Shown piece by piece: positions 43,968 to 57,949 of a stretch of DNA of 64,000 nucleotides. Within the stretch, counting starts at the first letter, position 1. Each line of letters starts with the position of its first letter. The position numbers were made by a program, and so were the translations under genes. A model generated the notes under the pieces. The model searched no databases. It was not told where the DNA came from and saw only the letters and a program-made list of their open reading frames with translations. Origin of the DNA: Eledone cirrhosa (taxonomy: Eukaryota). The DNA is taken from assembly GCA_964016885.1 (NCBI GenBank), contig OZ024743.1, positions 94,984,001-95,048,000 of the forward strand, given 5' to 3'.

Positions 43968-44152
43968 CGAAGGAAATGTGGTAAGAAACCAGGTGGACCA
44001 AACGCACCAAAGTACTCAATACTTAGGGTAGTAGAGTGGGTAATAGGAACAAGTAAGACCCTGACGGCTGAGCTCAAGCCGTTTCGACGGCTAATCCAGA
44101 ATTAGCCGTCGAAATGGCTTGAGCTCTGCCGTCGGGGTCTTACTTGTTCTTA

Positions 44153-44372
44153 TATATATATATATGCTTGTGTGTCTGTTTCTATATATGTATGTTTCCA
44201 TGCATGAATGAATACACTAAGCTTTAGATTTAGTAGAATGCACCTATTAATTCCATGGGGAATTGGTTGACCAAATGTTTTGTTTAATTGTTTTATTTAT
44301 TTAAAAATATTTATTCTTTCTCTTAGATTTCAGGTATTTTTTTTAATGCAAAGCATTGGCCCCTAAAATAAT

Positions 44373-44456
<84 letters not shown>

Positions 44457-44765
44457 AGTGGGGGACTGGCCAGGTTGCCAGATTTCCCAATGGCAAGTGG
44501 GACCCAGGGGTCCGCAGTAGCATTGCAGGAGTCCATAGTAGCATTGCAGGGCCCACCGTAGTATTTTAGGGGCCAATGCTTTGCATTAAAAAAAAATACC
44601 TGAAATCTAAGAGAAAGAATAAATATTTTTAAATAAATAAAACAATTAAACAAAACATTTGGTCAACCAATTCCCCATGGAATTAATAGGTGCATTCTAC
44701 TAAATCTAAAGCTTAGTGTATTCATTCATGCATGGAAACATACATATATAGAAACAGACATACAA

Positions 44766-44772
<7 letters not shown>
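44153..44772. repeat. About 215-bp near-perfect inverted repeat around a (TG)n tract and hAT-like end
   Basis: 44160-44370 is the reverse complement of 44562-44772. Confidence 0.85.
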
Positions 44773-44840
<68 letters not shown>

Positions 44841-44969
44841 GTATATGTTGGTTGTTTACCGACACCTCAGGATGCAGGTTCGAGCACTCGGCGAAGTACG
44901 CAGGTTGGTTTGTAAGTCCGGAGAAATGTAAAATAAGTCAAACATGTTAAATTTGGTTTCGTTTATTAT

Positions 44970-45013
44970 CTGCTATAAACATTTCTATTATTGGCTGTGA
45001 CCTCATCAGGCAG
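44970..45013 (-). ncRNA. Hammerhead remnant (family of 62583) with half of stem II lost
   Basis: ctgc CTGATGA ggtcacagccaataata GAAA tgttta TA gcag. Confidence 0.6.
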
Positions 45014-45149
45014 TACGAATTAATGTAGAAAGAACAGGTAAACATGGTGTTGAAATGTGTTCCACTCTGTCAATTCACCGACATGTCCAGCTCCTGGATG
45101 TGTTGTTAGTCCTACGAGGAACTGGAATTATTATTTTATATATATATAT

Positions 45150-45613
45150 ATATAAACGGAAAAAATGAAACGAAATTTCATTTCTCACTCTTAGTACGGT
45201 TGTTACTTAAATATAAGTATGTATACGTACATACATATATGTATACATACGTACAGTATTATGTATATATATATACATACATACATGCACACATAGGCTG
45301 CCCAACCGTTAATATGCATAAGGAAAGTATATACTTTCAGACGTTCAATCATCTGGCAGGAAGGTATACGTTGCTGACGATAGCTAATAAGCTTGAAACT
45401 AGTACAGCGTTCCTTTGTCAGTGTTGAACAAAAGAGCAACGATGGTTGCTAGACACTACGGCTTAATTCGGGATGTTTGTTTACAAACACACCGAGCATT
45501 ATAATAAATGTTTGGTGAATCCATACGTACATATATATATGTGTGCATGTATGTATATATATATATACATACTTCTGTACGTCTGTATGCATATATGTAT
45601 GTACGTATACATA

Positions 45614-45617
<4 letters not shown>
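45150..45617. mobile_element. Retrozyme family A diverged copy with inverted 5' segment
   Basis: Same strand-switch junction (catgcacac[a/g]taggctgc) as at about 20918. Confidence 0.8.
45368..45410 (+). ncRNA. Minimal type I hammerhead ribozyme
   Basis: acgttg CTGACGA tagctaataagctt GAAA ctag TA cagcgt. Confidence 0.88.
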
Positions 45618-45678
<61 letters not shown>

Positions 45679-46974
45679 AGTAAAAATAAAGAGAACAGGA
45701 AGGAAAAATAGAAGGAAGCTGAAGCATATATTCATACCCAACAGTAAAGTAGTCCCTATCTACAATATGATAGCTCCCCGCTTCGCTACTTGTGAATATA
45801 CTCCCCAAATTTTTATGAATTTATTTTTTATCATACCTCCATCCTCCTCGTTTTCCAAAGTCCTTTACTCCGGATTTATCGTTGCCAACGTTGTACTTCA
45901 CCAGTTTTCTCCACTTCGGATCTTACCCCATATTCCCATGAACTCATTAATATTTCAGCCACAACCATCAGATAAACCATAACACTCCAGTACCTTGCTG
46001 AATGCCAGCCCACATTAAATCACACTATTGGCGTTTTGAAATACGCCATTGTTTTTTTCTAAATAGCTTGTTTCTAGACACAGTAGGGTCAAACGATTGA
46101 GAAGTTCTCACAATTATTAGGTTCAAGGTTCGATACTACTACATGACTTCTTAGGTATGTGTTATTTACCTTTGTCTCGGGTCGACCCATACCTTTTAAG
46201 TAACATTAGGTTGGCAGAAATTGTTTTGAAGCTCGTCTGATGAGCTGTAACTCAAAGGTCTTATCACACATTGTGTCTCACAGAATATCTCGGAGAATGT
46301 AGGTCAGGTACACGTCTCTGCAGAGTGCTTTGCCACATGTATGTTAATTTCATGAACAGGCTGTTCCTTTGAGCAAACAACTGAAACACTCATCGTTGAA
46401 ACCGATAAAAGTCCATTCCATTACTTTCCTGCACCAGTGTTACCTCTTCTTTTGAAGATAACTCTTCACTAAAAAATGAAATGAATTTTGCTCAACTACT
46501 GCCGTTCTTACTTCATGGGGCAGTTTTAAAATTATTATTTCTTGCTAACCGGAGAGAATATGAAAGAAAATATCTTTGTAAGATTGTTGCTTGGAATTTC
46601 TCAAGTATATGCGGGTTTTGTTTGAACATTAATACAGATATTAGCAATGTCATTTATTTTTGGACTCCAATATTATCATGCAATTCTTTCCTAAAGTTTT
46701 ATTCCGCATGAAGAGGTAATACTTAATGTTTAGTCTTTATTTATCAAGCTAACTTAACTAAAAACGTACAATAGAAAAAAGCATGTATAATGTTAATAAA
46801 CTTTGAAAACTTATTGATAAGACAATGTAATTTCCTCTAATCTGAAATAATCATGTGTTTATTACATAAGTTACTCGTGTTGTGGCCTTATTGTTATCTG
46901 AAATGTGCGTGAGAAGACTTTTTATCAATAATTTTGCTTTGCATATTTCCCGCCAAAGTAATTGGCTCACATAT

Positions 46975-47205
46975 GTGTATGACAGCTCACACCTATGCAG
47001 GTTTAGCTGACCCCCTCCAAGCTATATCTCGCTGGAGGTGTCTTGGGTAATTTAATGAGTAATCATTTCTACAGCTGAGTAAACTGGAGCAACGTGAAAT
47101 AAAGTGTCTTGCTCAAGGAAACAACACATTCACCCGGTCCGAGAATTGAACTCACAACCTTTCGATTACAAATCCAATGCTCTAATCACTAAGCCATGCG
47201 CCTAC
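46975..47205 (-). mobile_element. tRNA-derived SINE (family 2)
   Basis: Matches 57708-57949 and 58736-58972. Confidence 0.8.
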
Positions 47206-48021
47206 ATATGTAACTGCAATGATTCAACGAATTTGTGAGTCGTATTTTGTTAAGACTAAAACAGAAAATTACAGATCATTTGTGGAATTAAATGGACCAC
47301 AGTTCAAGTAATCCAGTTCTTCAACCAACGGAATAACCTGCTTATGAAATTGACGTATAAGTGGCTGAGCATTTCACAGAAATGTGTACTCTTACCATAA
47401 TTCGTAGAGAGATTCAGCGTGACACAAAATTTATAGCTAAAGGCTTTCAAATTCGTAAACATATCGTATATCATTTGATATATAACCCTCACATATATAA
47501 TTTATTTTGTATGAAAGAGATATGACTCAGTCAGTGGACAGTTACTTGGAAAATAAATATTGCAACTTTGTATAAACATTTGAAACACGTTTATATCCAG
47601 TATGGCGTGTCCGTGTGTGTATGTGTATGTGTATGTCTATGTGTGCGTGTGTGTGTGTGTATGTGCGTGTGTGTATGTGTATGTATGTGTGCTCCTACCT
47701 TTGTCCCGTACCCAGGCACTATCGGGGTGGGCAGTTATCCGTTACGATTCTTTTATTATTATTCTTTTATCATTCTATCTTCACTCAGGCCCTTCCCTCT
47801 CATTCGTATTTTCTCCTCTCACCTTCCATGTTGTCGAACCTCCCTTGTAATAACCACTACACATATCCTTCCTACCCATAACTTTGCTCCTCTGGAATTC
47901 GTTCCCTGTGGATGCGTTTCATGCAGAGGTCAACCTTCAACAATTGAATCTGAGCATCAACAGCTTCAACAAAGGACTGCAAGGGTCAAAGGTGCAAGCA
48001 TTTCCTCCAGGCCTAGCAAAT

Positions 48022-48167
48022 AATGATTTCTAATATAGGCACAATGCCAGCAATTTTGAGGAAGGGGAATGTCGATTAAATCGATCCCAGTGCATTACTG
48101 GTACTTTATTTTATCGACTTCGTAAGGATGAAAGGCAAAGTTGACCTCGGTGGGATTTGAACTCAGA
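48022..48167 (-). mobile_element. SINE family 1, 5'-truncated, with gaggcctagcaaataat-like direct repeat flanks
   Basis: aggcctagcaaataat at about 48009 and 48166. Confidence 0.8.
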
Positions 48168-48279
48168 GGCCTAGCAAATAATAAAAGAAATAATGCATAG
48201 CCAGCCTCATCCACACAAACACACCACCACCACCACCACCACCACCACCACCACCACCACCACCACCTATGGACATGGG

Positions 48280-48953
48280 GTTAGAATGTCTCAGGAAAGA
48301 ATCTCTGAAGGAATCTTTCACAGCTTTGATACTACAGACATGTGGTTAGAATGTCTCAGGAAAGTATCTCTGAAGTAATCTTTCACAGCTTTGATACTAC
48401 AGACATGTGGTTAGAATGTCTCAGGAAAGTATCTCTGAAGTAATCTTTCACAGCTTTGATACTACAGACATGTGGTTAGAATGTCTCAGGAAAGTATCTC
48501 TGAAGTAATCTTTCACAGCTTTGATACTACAGACATGTGGTTAGAATGTCTCAGGAAAGTATCTCTGAAGTAATCTTTCACAGCTTTGATACTACAGACA
48601 TGTGGTTAGAATGTCTCAGGAAAGTATCTCTGAAGTAATCTTTCACAGCTTTGATACTACAGACATGTGGTTAGAATGTCTCAGGAAAGTATCTCTGAAG
48701 TAATCTTTCACAGCTTTGATACTACAGACATGTGGTTAGAATGTCTCAGGAAAGTATCTCTGAAGTAATCTTTCACAGCTTTGATACTACAGACATGTGG
48801 TTAGAATGTCTCAGGAAAGTATCTCTGAAGTAATCTTTCACAGCTTTGATACTACAGACATGTGGTTAGAATGTCTCAGGAAAGTATCTCTGAAGTAATC
48901 TTTCACAGCTTTGATACTACAGACATGTGGTTAGAATGTCTCAGGAAAGTATC
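48280..48953. repeat. 65-bp minisatellite, about 10.4 near-identical copies
   Basis: atctctgaag at 48301, 48366, 48431 and onward. Confidence 0.95.
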
Positions 48954-49652
48954 GCTGGAGAAATTTTACAGGTAAAAACCAACTGTCAGGAGACTCAGGA
49001 GTAGACTCCGAGCAAGATAGTTGGGTAACATCCATGAGCTTGGTTGGTCTCGCTTGGGGACCGAGCCGGATCAGTTGGAGACCGTTGCTCCTGACAAAAC
49101 CCGTTGGAGGGAGTGTTTGAGAGTGACTCTGACCCTACGACCCTCTTAAGAATAAGTGGGTGAAGGAAAGAAGTGGAAGAATGAGTAATGGGAAGAGAGG
49201 TAAAAGAAAGAGTGTGAAGTGAGGCAGAAATGACGGAACAAAAAGATGGTCACATAAAAATGAGAGAAGGGGAAGTAGAGACACGACATACACACGTTCA
49301 TACAGCCCTTCCCCATATATACAGAGAGAGAATGGCAGTACTCCAGAATGGTCACAATTCATTGGGTAGGACAGGTAGAAAGGTATATATGTACATCATT
49401 TCTTCTCTTCATGTTTGTTAGCAATTAATACATACGTATTTTATATTAAGTTGTAATAACAAGTAAAGAAGATAAAAACACAGTTGGCTAATGACTCTGC
49501 CTGTGTTGATAATTTATTAGCCTACAATCGTAGACAGAGGCTCAATCACAGCAGCTGCCTCAAACAGAAGAAAATATAATTTCCTTTAATATAAATGAAT
49601 AAAAAAGAAAACGCTTTCAGCGCAGCAGTAATTGTCTCTCACAGAATCAAAG

Positions 49653-49725
<73 letters not shown>

Positions 49726-49784
49726 AAGATAACTTATTATCCCATATATATATATATACATATATATGTGTGTGTGTGTGTATG

Positions 49785-49815
<31 letters not shown>

Positions 49816-49908
49816 AATATATTATTTATACTCCAGTCCTATAAACTGTGGAGTGCTACTTATCCGATATTTGCATTGCTTTATTGTGCTACAATAAAAC
49901 TCACCTCC

Positions 49909-49988
<80 letters not shown>

Positions 49989-50001
49989 CAGTAGCGTGAT
50001 A

Positions 50002-50135
50002 AATAATTGTTTCTACTTTTGGCACAAGGCCAGCAATTACCCAGTGTATTACTGGTACTTTATTTTATCGACCCCGTAAGGATGAAAGGCAAAGTTAACC
50101 TCGGCGGGATTTGAACTCAGATTGGAAAGGGCCGT
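50002..50135 (-). mobile_element. SINE family 1 fragment
   Basis: Same body as 33655. Confidence 0.8.
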
Positions 50136-51245
50136 GTACATTTGTGTCTGCATGATTAGCAGACGAGTAAGCGGAAATTCGGAGATAGTAAAAGGAAAAA
50201 AAAAATTTAAGTTACTAAATAAATATTCGGTGGGGCTTAAAAAATAAGTTTAATGATGTTTTTATTTCAGTTACAGTAGATCTATCGGTGGACCACCGTC
50301 GGTTTTCAAAGATGAGTGTTCCAGTTGTTCGATCAACGGAACAATCTGCTCGTGAAATTATTGTGTCAGCGGCTGAGCTTTCCACAGACACGTGCACCTT
50401 TAACGTAATTCTCAGGGAGATTCAGTGTGACACTATATGAGATAAGACTGGTACCTTGAATTACATATACAGCCTATTCGACGGGCTTCCAAGTAGTTTC
50501 CGTCAATCAAGTTTCACTCACAAGGCATGGGTCATCTCAAGGCTATGGTAAGAGATACTTGCCTAAGATACCATGCATTGGAATCGAAGCTGGGATCTAA
50601 CGACTGCGAAGCAAACTTCTTAACCATTCTTAACCATTCAACCATTCTGTCTTCATATACTAGTGAGTAAGCTTTTACCACTATACAGCAATTGTTTTCA
50701 TAATAGTCGTAAACTGGTGGCGTGGAAAGTAGCTGAAGAGAAGACGGTGATAATTGAGAATCAACTGATGCTTTGTAACTCTAATCCAACCAGCTCGGCC
50801 TTGGCATTATGTTGACGAGGTGAATGAGACCCGCAGAACCAGTTGTGTAAGAGAACAGCTGTTCGCTTGTCTGGCAATCGCCATTACTTAATTTCTATAA
50901 ATATTTACTCTTATGTGTCATCTTGAATTGGATGCCATCATGACAGAGAAAGACAGTATAATATAGAAAGGGGGTGTTAGATAGGGAGAAGGAGAGGTGA
51001 AAGAGGGAGAAGGGGAGTGAGAGAGGGAGAGGGGAAGTGAGGAGGGGGGGAGAAGGAGAGTGAGAGAGGGAGATGGGGAGTGGGAGAGAGGGAGAAGGGG
51101 AGTGAGAGAGGGAGAGGGGGAGAGGGAGAAGGGGAGTGAGAGAGGGAGAGAAGGAGAAGGTGAGATAGGAGAGAGGGAGAGAAAAAGCAGGTTTAAGGAG
51201 AAAGTAAGGGAGATGTGTTGAAATTCTTCCAGCGACCAAAGTATA

Positions 51246-51432
51246 ATAATTGTTTCTACTTTAGGCACAAGGCCAGCAATTCTCCCAGTGTATTACTGGT
51301 ACTTTATTTTATCGACCCCCGTAAGGATGAACGGCAAAGTTAACCTCGGCGGGATTTGTACTCAGAATGGCAAGGGCCGTAACTCTATGCGTCAAAGCAT
51401 GGCGTCCGACCTTCTACCGATATACTGCCAAA
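51246..51432 (-). mobile_element. SINE family 1
   Basis: Same body as 33655. Confidence 0.8.
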
Positions 51433-51575
51433 TGTCAGCAGAAATAAGTTGATCGATCTCATAGACGTTGCTATAGAAACATAAGGAAACTATAACCAAT
51501 TCCAGGTTAGAAACTTCTGTGGTAACAGAAACATCCTAAGTGATGCCATTGTACAACAATAACGTTGTTGTTGTT

Positions 51576-51947
51576 GTCATCGTCATTGGTCGTTGTCATC
51601 ATCGTCATCGTCACCGCCATCGTCACAGTCATCGTCATCGTCGTCGTCACAGTCATCGTCACCGTCATCGTCATCGTCACCGCCATCGTCACCGCCATCG
51701 TCATCGTCACCGCCATCGTCACAGTCATCGTCATCGTCGTCGTCACAGTCATCGTCACCGCCATCATCATCGTCACCGCCATCGTCACCGTCATCGTCGT
51801 CGTCGTCGTCACAGTCATCGTCACCGTCATCGTCACCGCCATCGTCACCGTCATCGTCACCGTCACCGCCACCGTCACCGTCACCGTCATAGTCACCGCC
51901 ACCGTCACCGTCATCGCCGTCGCAGTCACCGCCGTCATCATCATCAT
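51576..51947. repeat. (CATCGT/CACCGT)n degenerate tri/hexamer repeat
   Basis: Seen directly. Confidence 0.9.
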
Positions 51948-53097
51948 AAAAACAACAACAATGACATTACCTTTAACACCAGAATTATCTCCTATTGCCC
52001 CCCCCCCCACATCTAACTATCAGTGAATTTATAAGTTGAACCTTTTCAAAAGGCTTATAATGCTACAGTTTAAAGTGTTAAATGTTGACAGGGTAGAGAT
52101 ATTGGATTTGAAGCTTCTTTACAGTACTGCTATTACTTGAAATCCTTCCGATATCGGCTTTGTGTTTCATATAATACCAGTAATAATCCTTCACTTCAAT
52201 CTACTACACACTTCTACAGCACTGGTCTTCAGCCAAATATTACTGGCACCAATAAAGCCATTGTTAACTACATCATAGCAACTAAGTGTTGTAGTATTGT
52301 TATTGGCCATACACGCGAATTGTGAACAATAAATTCGGCAGAAATTTGGATTCATTTTCCCAATATATCATTCACTGTAGATGAGCGATGCCAAATGTGA
52401 ATATAAGGCTGTAGCTACCCTCTGATTTAACAAACATTGGCTATTTTTTTAATCAATCTACGTATGTTGTAGACAATAAGATAATTTTGCGACACCAGAA
52501 ATATAGATTTCGTATTTAGCAACAAACATACACTGCTATAAAGAATGAAATTGTTTGACTTTCATACGTTTTCAAAGTGCATTAGAGAAAAATACAAATG
52601 GAATCATTTTAACCGACAATCTAGCCTTGAGCACATCTCTTCCGGTGACGCTTTCACTACATTATATGAATATAAGAGTCGCTACGTATAGAACGGGTTC
52701 GTTAATGAACAGACATTTAATGATATCTTTACTAATACATTCAATGAAATTATAGCAGAAAAGAAAAGTAGTGTTAATGTAGAACTTAAAAAAATAAGTA
52801 TAGAGAATTTTCTGGAAGACAGGGAACTAAATACAGTCCTTACTTTGAAGGAAGAAATAGAATAATTTTAGTTGTTTTTATGTAGAGGAGACGCTGGGTA
52901 AAAGTTAGAAAGTTCGAGTGAATATATGGCAAAGAATTGAACAAGACGCCAATTGCAGAGGTTTGATATTAACTGGCTCTGATTTTACGAGACAAAATTA
53001 ATATCTTCCGATATAAAGTTTTCATTAATTAATTTGAAAAAAAAAAATGACGATAGGGTTAAGGATCTCTTGATTGGCTTATTTCAATATAGTTGGA

Positions 53098-53885
53098 CAG
53101 TTGTAGTATAGCAGTTGTAGTATACTATGTAGTATACTAGTTGTAGTATAGCAGTTGTAGTGTAGCAGTTGTAGTATACTAGTTGTAGTATAGCAGTTGT
53201 AGTATAGCAGTTGTAGTATAGCAGTTGTAGTATAGCAGTTGTAGTATAGCAGTTGTAGTATAGCAGTTGTAGTATACTAGTTGTAGTATAGCAGTTGTAG
53301 TATACTAGTTGTAGTATAGCAGTTGTAGTATACTAGTTGTAGTATACTAGTTGTAGTATACTAGTTGTAGTATACTACGTATTATACTATGTAGTATACT
53401 AGTTGCAGTACACTATGTGGTATACTATGTAGTATACTATGTAGTATACTATGTAGTATACTATGTAGTATACTAGTTGTAGTATACTAGTTGTAGTATA
53501 CTATGTACTATACTAGTTGTAGTACACTATGTACTATACTAGTTGTAGTATACTAGTTGTAGTATACTAGTTGTAGAATACTAGCTGTAGTATATTAGTT
53601 GTAGTATACTATGTAGTATACTAGTTGTAGTACACTATGTACTATACTAGTTGTAGTATACTAGTTGTAGTATACTAGTTGTAGTATACTATGTGGTATA
53701 CTATGTAGTATACTATGTAGTATACTATGTAGTATACTAGTTGTAGTATATTAGTTGTAGTATACTAGTTGTAGTATACTATGTAGTATACTAGTTGTAG
53801 TATACTATGTGGTATACTATGTAGTATACTATGTAGTATACTAGTTGTAGTATACTATGTAGTATACTATGTAGTATAGCAGTTG
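53098..53885. repeat. Mixed 12/14-bp minisatellite (ctagttgtagtata / gcagttgtagtata / ctatgtagtata)
   Basis: Seen directly. Confidence 0.92.
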
Positions 53886-54285
53886 AAGACAATGTATCAT
53901 ATTAGTTATGAGAAAAAAGTTCAAGAGAAATTGATAAGTTTGAATGTCAGTGGATGATTGATGCTGGAGTCAAACATTTATTGTAGATCAAAAGAGAAAC
54001 AGTAATAATGTAATATACGAAACTGAGTGAGGTCATAAATAGAATGGAACTCCGTCTGTTTCAACGATGAGTGTTCCAGTTGTTCGATCCAGTTGTTCCA
54101 GTTGTTAGATCAACAGAGTAACCTGTTAATGAAGATAACATGTAAATAGCTGAGCATTCTACAGACCCACATGATAAGACTGATCCTTTGAATTACAGAT
54201 ACAGTCTACTAAGATCTACTCAGAATAACTACAGCCCAAGATGTCACGCAGTGAGATCCAACCAGGAATGTAATGATTGGGAAGC

Positions 54286-54342
<57 letters not shown>

Positions 54343-54367
54343 AAGTGAACAACACAAAATATAACTA

Positions 54368-54440
54368 CTCCATTACCAAAGGTTTCTGGATCACAGACGA
54401 CAATAATATAATATACGTCTGGATCGTTCGTCAGACAGAG
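54368..54440 (-). ncRNA. Type I hammerhead ribozyme in a palindromic insertion (54340-54595)
   Basis: ctctgt CTGACGA ac-gatc-cagacg...cgtctg-t-gatc-ca GAAA cc-ttt-gg TA atggag. Confidence 0.72.
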
Positions 54441-54593
54441 AAGTTATAGATAAAAAGATATCTTTTATCTATAACAGCTCTGTCTGACGAAGTAATGGAG
54501 TAGTTATATTTTGTGTTGTTCACTTTCTAATTAATTAGCTCTGTTCTATACATAGAGCACTCTTTTTTCCTTTGCTTTTCCTTTGGAATTACC

Positions 54594-54731
<138 letters not shown>

Positions 54732-55749
54732 ACATGAAACACCTGCAAAATTCTAGATATCTTTTCTTCCATGAAAAACAAAACATTGCTGTAGGAACAA
54801 CTTTTCTTATAATTTAATTACTCAACAAATATTTTTATTCCTTTATTTCGATAATTGTTATTTCTCTCTAATGTTATTCTTTCATTTTCATATTTCTTAA
54901 AAGATTTCTGTTATAAACTTTTCTCTATTGAGTTAGTATTAAGATATTGAAAGAAGCATTAGAAAACTATCATGAAATATATGAGGTATGTGCAAAATAA
55001 AATAAAATAAAATAAAATAAAATAAAATAAAATAAAAACGTTCTTTGTTATTCTTTTTCAGGTTACTGTCATTTGACTGTGCCATGCTGGGGCAGTGAAG
55101 GGTTTAAGTTGATTATATAGGCACCAATAGTTAGTATGGTATGTATTTCATTGATAGCAATATATCGAATGACTGAGTTCCCCTAAATATCTCTATATAT
55201 TTCTAGCTGATTTTGTTTTCTTGTAGAAATGATGAACACGCTGAGGTACCTGTCATGAATGTGTGTGTCTAGATACACATCATAAACAAATGGGATTTGG
55301 TACTTCAAGAGATTAGGAAACAGCCCTACAGAAACGTATTTCCAATAAATGTTAACATCGCTAAAACACACGACATCCAGGACTTGTTAAAACGCACGAT
55401 GTATTTAGTTTGCAAGATGTAATCAAAGTATCTGAAATATACTGTTCAATGTGTTTAGTGTTTGAATCTTACTTTTTTGAATATGTTTATATAGAGCTTA
55501 TAAACAACGATTGTTATTTGACTAACCGTGATATATTCAGTCTCTGTGGAGGTATGGATTTGTAGGATTGGTGATGTAGTCTGTAAGGGGTATATGTGTA
55601 TTGTGGAGTGTTGTGATACGGTGCGAAATGAAAGGATGTGTGTGTTGTGGTAGGCTGCGAACTAAATGGGCATGTGGGAAGTTAGGTAAGCTACATTACA
55701 CTCTTTAAACAAAAGGGAGCAGAGCAACCGAGGCGAATCACAAGAAGCA

Positions 55750-56547
55750 GCCGAATCGTAGTATAAAAATAACATCACAGACATAGAGGTTGGAAATAGA
55801 ATGAGCAGGTGAGTGGAAATGACAGGTAACACCTGATGTGATGTTATTATGTTACGTAGATTTCGATGAAATGATCTACATGATGTATGGGAAAGTGTTG
55901 CAAAGGGGACCGGAGAAAAAGACGGCCCGGGTTGGGTACTTGGAGGAGTAGAAGAGCTACAGGCTGGGGGCTCATTTAAAGGAGAAGAGAGGACATTTAT
56001 GGAATATTGATGAGGTAGCGGAATTCAAACGATGGAAGCGGAAAGTACGTAAAATGGAGAATTGAAGAAGTAAGGTGTTACAATGAAAGGTGAAAGGATA
56101 GGGTAAGTGGTCGAGGGTGGAGCGAGTGCGAGATGGGTGTTGACATACGATCAAGGTTGTGGTCTCAAAGAAGGGTGTTGTGAACAATTCTGTGTTGGTG
56201 GCCACGATGCAGAAAATTAAGTGAGACAGGGTCTAAAAATCCTGGTCTTTGCTGCAAAGACGATGAAGACAAAGGAATTGTGAGTAATGGGGGAAATATT
56301 TAGGGTAATTGAAAGTAGAGGTAAGGATGGGGGATTGTAGAAATAGGAAGTAGAGAGAGGGAGAGAGATAGGGGGGGGAGAGAGAAAGTGTGTGTGAGAG
56401 AGAGAGAATGTGAAAGTGAGAGAGAGAGAGAGAGGGAGAGAGAAAGTGTGAGAGAGAGAGTGAGAAAGTGTGTGTGTGAGATAGAGATAGTGTGAAAGTG
56501 TGTGTAGTGTGAGAGAGAGAGAGAGCGAGAGAGAGAGTGAGAGTGAG

Positions 56548-56622
<75 letters not shown>

Positions 56623-56900
56623 GAGTGAGAGAAGGAGAGATGTTCAGGTGGCCGATGGTGACAGTAATGTCGAGAAAACTAACAGAGGAGATGGAGTGAG
56701 GGAGGTGAAGGGCTCGGGTCGACATAAATAAGGGTGGTGAGCTGAACGTGGATAGGAGAGGTGACACCGATGCAATCATTGATGTATCTGTTATAATGTT
56801 CCGCGATGGGATTATTAAACCTGGCAAAGATGTCGGTTTTAACATAGCCAACAAGTTTGCATATTTTGGTATGCATGACCACCTCGGTAACCTGTTGTTC
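55750..56900 (-). pseudogene. Highly decayed Neptune-like PLE (RT core at 56640-56900; possible EN remnant at about 55780-55970)
   Basis: VGYVKTDIF..YNRYINDCIG..SVSFLDITV resembles 1-407. CHFHSPAHSISNL is EN-like. Confidence 0.6.
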
Positions 56901-57027
56901 CATTAGTTGGGGTTGGGTCCTAAAATCCTGGTCTTTCCTTCAACGCACAGGAAGACGTAAGAATTGTGAGTAGGAGCTAGAATATTTAGAGAGACTGGGA
57001 TGGGAGGAGGTGAAATTGCGGTATTAT

Positions 57028-57208
57028 TTGGCAGTATCAGTAGAGGATCGGACGCCATCCTTCCCAGCATAGTTACGGCCCTTTATAGTCTGAGTTCAAA
57101 TCCAGTCGAGGTTAACTTTTCCTTTCATCCTTGCGTGGTCGATAAAATAAAGTACCAGTAATGTACTGGGATAATTGCTGGCCTTGTGCCAAAAGTAGAA
57201 ACAATTAT
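57028..57208 (+). mobile_element. SINE family 1
   Basis: A/B boxes and body. Confidence 0.8.
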
Positions 57209-57414
57209 TTGGAGTTAGTTATACGTAAATACTAATTAATTTACAGAATAAAGAACTCAGAGAAATAAATTAGAGTGAAAGTTTTCTTTATTCAAAGATA
57301 ACAAGGACTTCAAAGTTTCACCAAATTATTATTTTCATACTTTAGCGAAATAAGAGGTATATGTCATATATAAAAACTTTGCCGGTAAAGAAAGCTGTTG
57401 TAATGGCTAAAATA

Positions 57415-57607
57415 ATAATTGTTTCTACCTTTGGCACAAGGCCAGCAATTATCCCAGTGTATTACTGGTACTTTATTTTATCGACCCCGTAAGGATGAAA
57501 GACAAAGTTAACCTCGGCGGGATTTGAACTCAGACCATAAAGGGTCGTAACTCTTTGCTGCAAAGCATAGCGTCCGACCCTCTACCGATACTGCCAATCC
57601 ATCGCCC
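57415..57607 (-). mobile_element. SINE family 1
   Basis: A/B boxes and body. Confidence 0.8.
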
Positions 57608-57707
57608 ATTGATAAAAATAATAATAAAAATATTCCAAGTTGAGGGTGTAATCAGCAGCTTATAGGATATTTTAGATTTTAAGTCAACACATGTAACTTG
57701 AAATTGT

Positions 57708-57949
57708 CTGTGTGACAGCTCACACCTATGTAGGTTTAGCTGGCCTCCTCCAAGGTATATCTCGCTGGAGGTGTCTTGCGTGATTTAATGATAGGGACCC
57801 CAGTCCTATCATCTCATTTGAGTAAACTGGAGCAACGTGAAATAAAGTGTCTTGCTCAAGGAAACAACGCATCACCCGCTCCGAGAATTGAACTCACAAC
57901 ATTTCGATTGCAATCCCAATGCTCTAACCACTAAGCCATGCGCCTTCAC
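57708..57949 (-). mobile_element. SINE family 2
   Basis: Reverse complement of gaaggcgcatggcttagtggttagagc..gagttcaattc. Confidence 0.8.

Noticed and set aside
48280-48953. CRISPR-like periodicity
   Set aside because: Units are contiguous and identical with no unique spacers, in a eukaryotic context.
51507-52026. His/Arg-, Ser- or Thr/Val-rich ORFs
   Set aside because: Open in several frames only because of the tri/hexamer repeat.
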